From positions 25,073-89,072 of IMG/VR virus record IMGVR_UViG_3300027816_000087: 64,000 nt of DNA; one strand, written 5' to 3'. This document shows, in pieces, positions 50,024-58,528 of this stretch (positions are counted from its first letter, which is position 1; each line of letters opens with the position of its first letter). The notes below the pieces were generated by a model that had not been told where the DNA came from, ran no database searches, and saw only the letters and a program-made list of their open reading frames with translations. This DNA comes from a virus. The position numbers and the translations under genes were made by a program.

Positions 50024-50650
50024 TTACATATATTTCTCATAAAGTGTTTTTGCAATAACTACTTTTTCTTTAAGGGGTCTAGCCATAAAATGGTATATGA
50101 ACTGACCATCATTTGAATTAATATCGTATAACCAATATGAATTTATTTCATTCATTGGAAAAACATCCATAGGAACACCACTTTCATACATCTTTGTTAT
50201 AACAGTTTGTTCCCATGGAAAACCAAATTTTTGATGCTGCATGTCTGTATTTGATTTTTCAATACATTTTTCTAATATAGAAACAGCATCTTTACTAGCA
50301 ATAAAACAACCAGTATTTATCAAATCTCCACCATTCCACCCATTTTCTGAAAAAGCAATAGATGTTTTCATTTTATCAATTACATCTTCAATTTTTTTAT
50401 TTTGATTTATTACAACAGCATCAGCATCTAAAAAGAAAATATGTGTATAATTTTCTTTTTCCAAAAGATCTTTGGTATAAAATATCTTACTCCAAGCAGG
50501 CGCGTGTGTTTTAGTATTTATAGCATCTAAATTTAAATAATCATAATTATGTTTTTTACAATATTCTTTATTAATAGGACAAGAATATTGAGAATAATCA
50601 TGTATTTCAGGACTTGTAACCTGTAAAAAACAAATATTTACTTTATACAT
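50024..50650 (-). CDS. Glycosyltransferase, GT34 (GMA12/MNN10)-like
   Basis: NKEYCKKHNYDY, WSKI, FFLDADAVVIN (DxD), INTGCFI, WEQ and FIYHF motifs. Confidence 0.85.
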   Translation of the reverse strand: MYKVNICFLQVTSPEIHDYSQYSCPINKEYCKKHNYDYLNLDAINTKTHAPAWSKIFYTKDLLEKENYTHIFFLDADAVVINQNKKIEDVIDKMKTSIAFSENGWNGGDLINTGCFIASKDAVSILEKCIEKSNTDMQHQKFGFPWEQTVITKMYESGVPMDVFPMNEINSYWLYDINSNDGQFIYHFMARPLKEKVVIAKTLYEKYM

Positions 50651-51558
50651 GATTTTTTACCTGTTTCTAGTAATTGCTCTGTATATTTATAAGAACAAAA
50701 TTTATTGCTTACATTCTCTAATTTCACCTCATCATATGGAAGTTTATTAATATACGCTGCTTTAAAGAATAAATCTTTCCTATCTTCTGTTACACCTGCA
50801 TTGTGAAATATTGAACATTGTTCCCATCTATGTACAAAACATGTAGCCCAACAAAAATCTAATCTTTTATCTACTTTTGTTGTATGTCCAAATTTCCATG
50901 CGTTCCACAATAAAGACCACATTCCAGCTGTCCATTTTTGTATAGGGTGTCCTTCTCCTTTATAATTAGGTTCTTGTTCGCAAAAATGTTTATATAGCTT
51001 TATAGAGTCTTTCTCCACCTTATCCCAATATTCATAAGTGGTGTTTTTTACAATATGTTGAGCGCCACCAGAATCTGCATTTCTTTCTTTAGGAATAGCA
51101 GGATCTATTTCCATTACACGACACATATCTAAGTATACATCTTCACCTTTCGTTAAAATATACTGCGTACCTATATACCCCACTGTGTCACTTAAATACC
51201 AAGTGTCCCCTTTTTCCATATCGCTAAAATCAATAGGACGTGTAAGTATAATATCACAATCATGAAGAAATAAAGCTTCTTTTTCAAGTTCAGGATGTGC
51301 TTGAATATGTTGCTTCATCATATTAAAATAAATAGAAGGAATATAAAACTGCGTACTTCTTGTATCCTTATAAAAGAAAAAACATACATCACTATAATGC
51401 ATTTGTAGTTTTTTCCATGTTTTTGGAACTACATCATAATATGCACATAGAATATGTATGTCATTAGGATTAACACCATTTTTAATAAAGTTGTTAATCA
51501 TCACTTCAACCTGCCACGTATAGTATGGAATAGCAGGTTGCGCACATACAAATTTCAT
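50638..51558 (-). CDS. GT-A glycosyltransferase resembling HPAT/SERGT1 peptidyl O-glycosyltransferases
   Basis: DxD motif LHDCDIILTRPI; YYTWQVEVMINNF and KWTAGMWSLLWNA resemble the YxxWQ and WxxEMY motifs I recall from plant SERGT1/HPAT; late IFH motif. Confidence 0.65.
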   Translation of the reverse strand: MKFVCAQPAIPYYTWQVEVMINNFIKNGVNPNDIHILCAYYDVVPKTWKKLQMHYSDVCFFFYKDTRSTQFYIPSIYFNMMKQHIQAHPELEKEALFLHDCDIILTRPIDFSDMEKGDTWYLSDTVGYIGTQYILTKGEDVYLDMCRVMEIDPAIPKERNADSGGAQHIVKNTTYEYWDKVEKDSIKLYKHFCEQEPNYKGEGHPIQKWTAGMWSLLWNAWKFGHTTKVDKRLDFCWATCFVHRWEQCSIFHNAGVTEDRKDLFFKAAYINKLPYDEVKLENVSNKFCSYKYTEQLLETGKKSCIK

Positions 51559-51592
51559 AAATGTTGGTTTTTATAATATATAAAGTTAATAA

Positions 51593-52642
51593 TTATGATA
51601 TACATGCATCATATCCTATAATTTCATAGTTATTTCCACCAATAGTAACTACTTGAGGACTTGATGTAATAGTAACTCCCCCTACTACAAGACTTTTCAA
51701 ATTTAATGATAATGATCCACTCACCCAAGAATTTATTAAATCAAATGTTGTAGATGGAGAACCTGCTGTTAACGTAAACGAAGATACATTAAAATCAGGA
51801 CCATTTGTTGGTAAATTACAAGACATATTTGCATGTTGAGAAACAACTCCTGTAAATGATATATTAGAAAGCGTTGTTCCACTTAAAACATCAACTTGAA
51901 GATAAATAAATGGATCACCAAATTCAAATTTAATTTCAATTACAGCTTGAATAGGTTGATTTGATGTAGTTGTTGTAGTAGAACAATTTTCTAAAACAAC
52001 ACTACTTAAATACCCATCTTGACCAATTGTTGGTACAGGTGTCCAAATAGGAAAATTTATACCATCTGAAATAGGATATTGAGCTGTTGAATTTAATGTT
52101 TGCAGTATACCTCCCTGAGAAATACATTCATTAACCCATTGTGTTCCATTATAATAAACTCTACGTAATGGAGAATTAGATAAAATATATTGAGGTCTGC
52201 CATTTATTTGTGGAGCATTTCCAGCTGTAGGAAGTTGTAAATTATCAAAACAAAGTGAATTTCCAATACACTCGTATGATATAGAAAAACAAATATTAGG
52301 AGAAATAGTAGTAGTACTAGTAGTAGATGTACTAGTACTAGTAGTAGATGTACTAGTAGTAGTAGTAGTAGTGGTGGTTGTTGTTGTAGTGGTACTAGTA
52401 GTAGTAGTAGTAGTAGGTAATATATATGTTGCTATATTATCTAGTTCGCAACAATCATTGCATAATAGACCTGTAGATTCAATAAAAATATTTTGTGAAT
52501 TAGGATTTATAGTTAATACTACACCATCTAATAATTGTTGTTTTGTTACCTCAGAAGGAGATACTAAACCAAAATCATCTTTAACTAAAAATGTTGGTCC
52601 TAAACCACTACCTAAAGAATTTATTTGAAAAAATATTTGCAT
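51593..52642 (-). CDS. Mucin-like poly-Thr protein, putative virion surface protein
   Basis: 349 aa; three beta-rich domains joined by a ~35-residue pure Thr/Ser tract and a shorter STTTTTS tract. Confidence 0.65.
   Translation of the reverse strand: MQIFFQINSLGSGLGPTFLVKDDFGLVSPSEVTKQQLLDGVVLTINPNSQNIFIESTGLLCNDCCELDNIATYILPTTTTTTSTTTTTTTTTTTTTSTSTTSTSTSTTSTTTISPNICFSISYECIGNSLCFDNLQLPTAGNAPQINGRPQYILSNSPLRRVYYNGTQWVNECISQGGILQTLNSTAQYPISDGINFPIWTPVPTIGQDGYLSSVVLENCSTTTTTSNQPIQAVIEIKFEFGDPFIYLQVDVLSGTTLSNISFTGVVSQHANMSCNLPTNGPDFNVSSFTLTAGSPSTTFDLINSWVSGSLSLNLKSLVVGGVTITSSPQVVTIGGNNYEIIGYDACIS
52306..52414 (-). repeat. Imperfect trinucleotide (ACT/ACA)n tract encoding poly-Thr/Ser
   Basis: (agt)n runs with a duplicated gtactagtagtagatgtacta unit. 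Confidence 0.9.
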
Positions 52643-52656
52643 TATACATTATATTA

Positions 52657-52908
52657 TTAACAACAGTCACCTGTCACTTTGTGAAATAAAGATGATAGAG
52701 TATCTAATAAATTATTATTATATATCAGTAAACACTCTGATTGTATATTATGTACAACACATTGTAAATCAATAATTTGTTCACAATTATTAACATCACA
52801 AGAAACTGAAATTGTTGTTGTGCTAGTAGTGGTGGTTGTTTTTTTACAACCACATGGTGTGCTACAGCAAGAGTTACAACAACTATATGTATTTGTAGGA
52901 CAATTCAT
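52657..52908 (-). CDS. Small Cys-rich, Thr-tract protein
   Basis: 83 aa; CCNSCCSTPCGC, TTTTTSTTT and a degenerate CVVH...C domain. Confidence 0.6.
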   Translation of the reverse strand: MNCPTNTYSCCNSCCSTPCGCKKTTTTTSTTTISVSCDVNNCEQIIDLQCVVHNIQSECLLIYNNNLLDTLSSLFHKVTGDCC

Positions 52909-53900
52909 TAATTAACTATTGTAGTGGTAGTAGTTGTTGGACAAGTACCAGCTTTTGTTTTAAAAGTAACAAATGGATCTAAAGGAGCAGTTATTATCCA
53001 ATTTATATAATCTGTCGTTTCTAAATTTTCTTCTAGTGTATACCCAACTGGATCACCATTGCTAGCAGTAAGCTCATATTTACCTGTAAATATATTCCAT
53101 TCTATTTTAAAAACTTCACGTGGCGTAACAATACATCCTATATATGAATGTTTTAGTACTAAAGGTTGAGATGGAAGACTTGCAATAGTATCATATTGTG
53201 ACTTGATTGTAACTTGAGAAGAATCATCTTTAGTAGTATATAATACACATAATTCTTCAGGACAACACTCTCTTGTTGTAACAAGTATAGAATCAACACC
53301 ATACATTGTCCAAGAAAGTTCAGGTTGTGTTAATATGTCTCCTTTTAATGGAGCAATAGGATGTTCACTATCTGATTCTAAATATGCTAAAGGAAACGCA
53401 AGATAAGTTGCTAAATATAATTCCCATCTTTCATCTACAATAGACCATCTAATAGTATAATCAATTGAGTTATAAGTAAATGAATAGCTTTCTTTACCAT
53501 TTACAAAAGCACCCGATATTATTTCTTGTACAGTAAAATTACAATTATTTTCTTGATATAATGTAAAACATAGATTGTTTTGAGGTATAGTAGTTGTAGA
53601 TGTTGTTGTAGATGTAGAAGTTGTTGTTGTAATAAAATCTATAATAGCACTTCCGTACTGACAACTACAATTATCAGGAGTTATTTTAGCTATTATCTTA
53701 TCAATAATATCTTTTATTGTATCTCCTTTTTTCACTCCATAACACTCATTATCTTCTCCATCATATATAATACATTCAGAAGCATAAATGTCACTACATA
53801 TAGTAATACATGGTTGCTCTGCTACAGGACTACATGTAGTAGTAGTTGTGCAGTTGCAATCGCAAACATCTAAACAATTATTACATTTATTACAAGACAT
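52908..53900 (-). CDS. Cys-rich protein with three Thr tracts
   Basis: Likely start MSCNKC at 53900 (the track's GTG start overlaps the upstream gene); SECIIYDGEDNECYGVKKGDTI domain; CFTL...NGK...YS...RW...HPI domain shared with 51593-52642. Confidence 0.65.
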   Translation of the reverse strand: MSCNKCNNCLDVCDCNCTTTTTCSPVAEQPCITICSDIYASECIIYDGEDNECYGVKKGDTIKDIIDKIIAKITPDNCSCQYGSAIIDFITTTTSTSTTTSTTTIPQNNLCFTLYQENNCNFTVQEIISGAFVNGKESYSFTYNSIDYTIRWSIVDERWELYLATYLAFPLAYLESDSEHPIAPLKGDILTQPELSWTMYGVDSILVTTRECCPEELCVLYTTKDDSSQVTIKSQYDTIASLPSQPLVLKHSYIGCIVTPREVFKIEWNIFTGKYELTASNGDPVGYTLEENLETTDYINWIITAPLDPFVTFKTKAGTCPTTTTTTIVN

Positions 53901-53910
53901 TGAAAAATAT

Positions 53911-54501
53911 TTATGCAACTGGATAATAGGTATCCACATAAGTTTCTAAACTACCTACAAATGTTCCATTTGGTCTACATGATACAACAAGTCCTTGTTC
54001 TAATATTTCTAGCATGTATTCTTCAGCAACAAGAGGAGTTTTTGTTTTTAATATTTCTACAAGTTCACAAAATCCAAAATTTTGATTAATTGTATTATAT
54101 TCAAAAAGACCTGTAGCAGAACCTGAAATATAAAACCATTCTTTTAATGCTGTTGAGTTTGTATGTTCAAGTAATTCATTGATACACTTTGCTGTTGTAT
54201 TTGTATTACAACATACTCTATATAAAATAGTATCATTAATTAAAACATCTGCCTTAGAATAAAGATTTACACAACATTGATCAAAATTAAATCCTATATT
54301 TGCATCATAATCAGTAATAAGTGACACATCACCAAACAATAAATACTCTTGAGAACAATAATCAGGACAACACATGTTTATTGTATTAGGAAAAATATGT
54401 CCAGCTTTAAATACATTATATGGTGTTAAACCAGGATCTGTAGATAATTGATAATCTACATATTCAATAAAATATTCTATAGGACTTGAGCAGCAACTCA
54501 T
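53911..54501 (-). CDS. Cys-rich paralog family member 4
   Basis: PIEYF...CCPD...CCVN...ILEQGLVVSC...SLETY pattern shared with the three upstream ORFs. Confidence 0.65.
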   Translation of the reverse strand: MSCCSSPIEYFIEYVDYQLSTDPGLTPYNVFKAGHIFPNTINMCCPDYCSQEYLLFGDVSLITDYDANIGFNFDQCCVNLYSKADVLINDTILYRVCCNTNTTAKCINELLEHTNSTALKEWFYISGSATGLFEYNTINQNFGFCELVEILKTKTPLVAEEYMLEILEQGLVVSCRPNGTFVGSLETYVDTYYPVA

Positions 54502-55229
54502 GATTCAATATATTTTAAAAATGTTTCAACTGAAGAAATAAACATTCTACCACCTGTACAATCTATAACAATACCTTTGCCAAGTATAGTAATAAACTCT
54601 TCTACAAAACATTGTAGCCCAAAATAATCTTTCATGTTTTCAAATATTCTACATACTTGAGTTTCACTATTTATTGATCCTTGTTCTACAATACCTATAT
54701 CCAATAGTGCTGTATAAAGATTTAATAAACTAAATATGCCCAAATCAGATTCTACTTCGCAATTATTTTGAACAAAATAATCAAAAATAGAATCGGCACA
54801 CTCTGTAAAATTATTACAGCAATTTGTTTTATAAAAGTCAGATGCAGGTGATGATAATGTTGCAAAGTAACTACCATAAAGATTAATACAACATACAGTA
54901 TCTGAATCACTTGATAAATTAGCTTCAAGTGGTGGAGATATTCCAAAAATTGCTTCAATAAAGATTTCATAGGTTTCTTTAGATGCAAATATATATCTAC
55001 AATCAGGGCAGCATGTTCCACAGCTATTTAATACAAAACCATTGTCTAGAACTTCTACTAACCCTTCTAATTTTGTTAAACCATTAACCTCAGAAACTTG
55101 TGTAGCTATTTCAAATAACTGATCAATTGGATTAATACACGGAATTGTTGTTGTTGTAGTACATTCTACAAAACAACAATCTGTCGTTGTACTTGTACAA
55201 GAATTTGTATTTATATTATTTTCTAACAT
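54498..55229 (-). CDS. Cys-rich paralog family member 3
   Basis: CINPIDQLFE...LDNG...CCPDC...LLDIGIVE...ILGKGIVIDC...SSVETFLKY. Confidence 0.65.
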   Translation of the reverse strand: MLENNINTNSCTSTTTDCCFVECTTTTTIPCINPIDQLFEIATQVSEVNGLTKLEGLVEVLDNGFVLNSCGTCCPDCRYIFASKETYEIFIEAIFGISPPLEANLSSDSDTVCCINLYGSYFATLSSPASDFYKTNCCNNFTECADSIFDYFVQNNCEVESDLGIFSLLNLYTALLDIGIVEQGSINSETQVCRIFENMKDYFGLQCFVEEFITILGKGIVIDCTGGRMFISSVETFLKYIES

Positions 55230-55240
55230 TTTATATAATA

Positions 55241-55915
55241 TTATCCAACTGCTTCTGCGTATTGAATATAGGTTGCTATAGAACTAATAATTATACCATT
55301 TTCTCCACATTCTACAATAATACCAGTAGTTAGTAAACGATCTAAAAATTCTGTTTTGCTTTCTCCAATATTTAAATTACAATATTTTTTAAAAAATTCA
55401 GATATGTAACATAACCCTGATGTACTTTCATTAGTGCATTTATCATAAAATGCTCCATATTCAATTATACCCTTATCTAAAAGTCTATCTAAAACATTAG
55501 TAGAACCTTCTGGTTTATTTAACCAACAATATAATTTATTAAAACAATCTTGAAATTGTGTATCACAACAATTATTTGGAATATTATTTGGTGGTACAGA
55601 AGATACAACTTCACGATATTTTAACCAAGCTTCATTAGATCCAAACAAATTTAAACAACACTCTGCATCAAAACCAAAAAATTCAAGATATTGTAAAAAA
55701 CTTTCTACCTCTGTTAAAACATAAATTCCACAATCTGAGCAACAAATATTACAATTTTGAATAAATAATCCTTGATCTAAAATTGTAATTAATGCTTCTG
55801 AAAATGAAACTTTATTTTCTAAACCAAGTGTAGCCTTGTAAGCATTCTCAAAAAGATATTCTAGAGGATGTTTACAAGGTACACATGGTTCTATAACTGG
55901 TGTTGAACACTGCAT
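55241..55915 (-). CDS. Cys-rich paralog family member 2
   Basis: CVPCKHPLEYLFE...ILDQG...CCSDC...LLDKGIIEYG...LLTTGIIVEC. Confidence 0.65.
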   Translation of the reverse strand: MQCSTPVIEPCVPCKHPLEYLFENAYKATLGLENKVSFSEALITILDQGLFIQNCNICCSDCGIYVLTEVESFLQYLEFFGFDAECCLNLFGSNEAWLKYREVVSSVPPNNIPNNCCDTQFQDCFNKLYCWLNKPEGSTNVLDRLLDKGIIEYGAFYDKCTNESTSGLCYISEFFKKYCNLNIGESKTEFLDRLLTTGIIVECGENGIIISSIATYIQYAEAVG

Positions 55916-55940
55916 TGTGTTTTATTCTTTAATGTATTTA

Positions 55941-56702
55941 TTATACAGTAGTAGTAGTGGTAGTTGTAGTATTTGAAATTGCTGGAACTGGATTAAATGC
56001 ATTAATAGCTTCTCCGTATTTTAACCAAGTTTCAGTGGATGCAATATGTGTTTCTCCTTCAAAACAAGATATTGTTATTCCTTTATCTAAAAGAATATCA
56101 ATAAGTTGAGCTCTTGAACCTGCTAAAGAAATATTCTCATATCTCTCTAAAAGATCAACTAATTTACAAATACTACTAGATACAGCACCTGTGCAATTAT
56201 TTTGTATTGCACCGTATTCAACAATTCCTTTGTCTATGATTCTATCAATTGAGTCTTGTGAATTTCTTGCTGTTTCTGTAAACCAACATATTAATTCATC
56301 TTTACATTCATTAAATCCATTACAACACTCTATAATAGAATATCCAGATTGGTTACCAGCTTCTGCAAATTCAGCTAATTTTAAAAATGTTTCTGTTGAA
56401 GTAAACGTATTAGTGCAACAAGCACCAGGTTGATCATAAAAATCTGGCCAATTTACTATAGCTTCTATTAATTTCAAAAATGTTTCAACACTAGAGAAAG
56501 AATAAACACCATCGCAATCTGGACAGCATAATTTACATGATGGAATACTTATTCCTTTATCTAATAGTCTATCAATTGCTTCATCAAAACCTGTTCTATT
56601 ATTGGTACCAGTTGTTGTAACATAAGCTAATTCAAATAGATATTCAAAAGGATGAATACATGGAACACATGCAGTTGTAGGGGGAGGGGTAGCGCAAAGC
56701 AT
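55941..56702 (-). CDS. Cys-rich paralog family member 1
   Basis: CVPCIHPFEYLFE...LLDKG...CCPDC...IIDKGIVEYG...LLDKGITISC; ends in NTTTTTTTV. Confidence 0.65.
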   Translation of the reverse strand: MLCATPPPTTACVPCIHPFEYLFELAYVTTTGTNNRTGFDEAIDRLLDKGISIPSCKLCCPDCDGVYSFSSVETFLKLIEAIVNWPDFYDQPGACCTNTFTSTETFLKLAEFAEAGNQSGYSIIECCNGFNECKDELICWFTETARNSQDSIDRIIDKGIVEYGAIQNNCTGAVSSSICKLVDLLERYENISLAGSRAQLIDILLDKGITISCFEGETHIASTETWLKYGEAINAFNPVPAISNTTTTTTTTV

Positions 56703-56733
56703 AATTTTAAGTTTTAAGTTTTATAAAAAGTTT

Positions 56734-57066
56734 TTAAGGACAATCGTCACATATTTTAAATAATGTTGTTGTAGTGGTTGTAGGTGCTATTGTAGTAGTT
56801 GGAGCTATTGTTGTTGTACTTGTTGTTGTGCTTGTAGATGTTGTTGTTGTACAACCACCATAAATAACATCTAATAGTTTATTAATAACAACAGTTAAAT
56901 TATCACCAGATTCAACACCATAACACTCTAAGCAATCACCTGTATATATTACACAACTGCTGTAATAAACCTCTTGACATCCTGTACCTACACATGAAAC
57001 ACAAGGTGCTCCAGGAATTACATAAGATGAACATTTTTCACAAGTATTATTACAGCTATTTTTCAT
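56734..57066 (-). CDS. Small Cys-rich protein with a long mucin-like tail
   Basis: 110 aa; SSCVIYTGDCLECYGVESGDNL domain then TTTTSTSTTTSTTTIAPTTTIAPTTTTTT. Confidence 0.65.
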   Translation of the reverse strand: MKNSCNNTCEKCSSYVIPGAPCVSCVGTGCQEVYYSSCVIYTGDCLECYGVESGDNLTVVINKLLDVIYGGCTTTTSTSTTTSTTTIAPTTTIAPTTTTTTLFKICDDCP

Positions 57067-57113
57067 TTAGAATACACAATATAATTTACACAATTTTATT
57101 TACTTTTCAAAGT

Positions 57114-58517
57114 TTAAAAACCTACTTTTTGTCTAATTCTTAAACTATCATTTTGTATTGTGGTACATCCAAGTGAATTAGGACCTATCCACCATATCCC
57201 TTCTCTAAAATATGAATTACCCATAAGTGGAGCAAATGATCCACTTCCTCCATTATATTCTGTAAGAAATGTTCCTGTTGAAGAACATTGAATTTGGTGA
57301 TATAGTCCTAATGTATGACCTATTTCATGAGAAGTTGCTTCCCAAGTGTATTTCTGATTGTAAGAAAGAGCCTTAGGAAAAACAAAACCAGGCACTTCTC
57401 CAAAAGAATAACTTCCTCCTCCCCAATCAATTCCACCAATATAAGCCACCCCACCTGTTCCTCCATACCACTCATTGTATTCTGTTATCACCATTCTTTG
57501 TCTTTTAAATGGATTGGCTTTTAGATATATTGTAGAATCTGTTGTTATAGTGATAGGAAACGAAGCATAGTCTTTCTTCACCTCAGCCACTATATTGTTT
57601 ATTTCTACAGCACTCAATCCTGATGGTGTGGCATAAAATGGTATTCCATTATTCCAATACACTGTATTTACACTGTGCCCATCAAAATCTAAATATATCA
57701 CCCAAGAATATATTACAGCAGGAGGATCTACAGGATCACAAGCATCCCCTTTTCCATCCCCATCACTATCCATTTGATTTGAATTAGGATTAAGAGGACA
57801 ATTGTCAATATTGTCTGCTACACCATCGCCATCAGCATCAAGTATGGGTGTTGGATCACAAACATCACCAATACCATCACTATCGCTGTCTTTTTGATCA
57901 GTGTTTGGTGTAGTGGGACAGTTATCATTTACATCAGGTATACTATCTTTATCAGTGTCTGTATTATTAAAACTATCACAAACATCCCCTATGCCATCTC
58001 CATCAACATCCTTTTGGTCAGGATTAGGTGTATTTAAACAATTATCGTTTGTATCAGGAACACCATCACCATCCACATCTGAAGGAGGAACAACATCACA
58101 AACATCACCTATACCATCTGCATCTGTATCTGTTTGTGTAGGATTGAATACATTTGGACAATTGTCCACTGCTGTTAACACCCCATCCTTATCAGGATCA
58201 TCATTAACAACATCACATGCATCTCCTTTACCATCACCATCTATATCAGCTTGATCAGGATTAAATGTCCCAGGACAATTGTCATTAACATCTCTTACAC
58301 CATCACCATCTGTATCTCTTCTACCAGGAGAGTTTCCTCCTCCTTTTCTAAAAGCTTCTTCTTGTTCTTCTCTAGACATCCTTGCTACAGTGTTATATTT
58401 TCCATCAAGAAAATCACACGTTTCAGGAAGTTTTTTATCTTCTAAAACATCATTTGTTTTTCTACATGTTACAATAAACATTGAAAACAGTAAAACAAAA
58501 AAGATCTTTTTTAACAT
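57114..58517 (-). CDS. Putative lipoprotein: thrombospondin type-3 repeats plus metzincin metalloprotease
   Basis: Signal MLKKIFFVLLFSMFIVT-C; five DxDxDxxxxxxDNC...DxDxDGxGDxCD units; YLDFDG, HEIGHTLGLYH and Met-turn PLMG. Confidence 0.85.
   Translation of the reverse strand: MLKKIFFVLLFSMFIVTCRKTNDVLEDKKLPETCDFLDGKYNTVARMSREEQEEAFRKGGGNSPGRRDTDGDGVRDVNDNCPGTFNPDQADIDGDGKGDACDVVNDDPDKDGVLTAVDNCPNVFNPTQTDTDADGIGDVCDVVPPSDVDGDGVPDTNDNCLNTPNPDQKDVDGDGIGDVCDSFNNTDTDKDSIPDVNDNCPTTPNTDQKDSDSDGIGDVCDPTPILDADGDGVADNIDNCPLNPNSNQMDSDGDGKGDACDPVDPPAVIYSWVIYLDFDGHSVNTVYWNNGIPFYATPSGLSAVEINNIVAEVKKDYASFPITITTDSTIYLKANPFKRQRMVITEYNEWYGGTGGVAYIGGIDWGGGSYSFGEVPGFVFPKALSYNQKYTWEATSHEIGHTLGLYHQIQCSSTGTFLTEYNGGSGSFAPLMGNSYFREGIWWIGPNSLGCTTIQNDSLRIRQKVGF
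57735..58315 (-). repeat. Five tandem TSP3-like Ca-binding repeat units (~39 aa each)
   Basis: Repeated DNCP...NPDQxDxDGDGxGDxCD visible in protein and in DNA (atcacaaacatc...ataccatc). Confidence 0.85.
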
Positions 58518-58528
58518 AGGTTATAGAT

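Noticed and set aside
52371-52628. Poly-Val + strand ORF, and similar short antisense ORFs throughout the track
   Set aside because: Mirror translations of poly-Thr tracts or of long - strand genes, with no independent coding evidence.
57735-58315. Periodic DNA repeats considered as a CRISPR array or DGR template/variable pair
   Set aside because: Repeats are degenerate at third codon positions and encode TSP3 units; no constant repeat-spacer pattern and no reverse transcriptase in the window.
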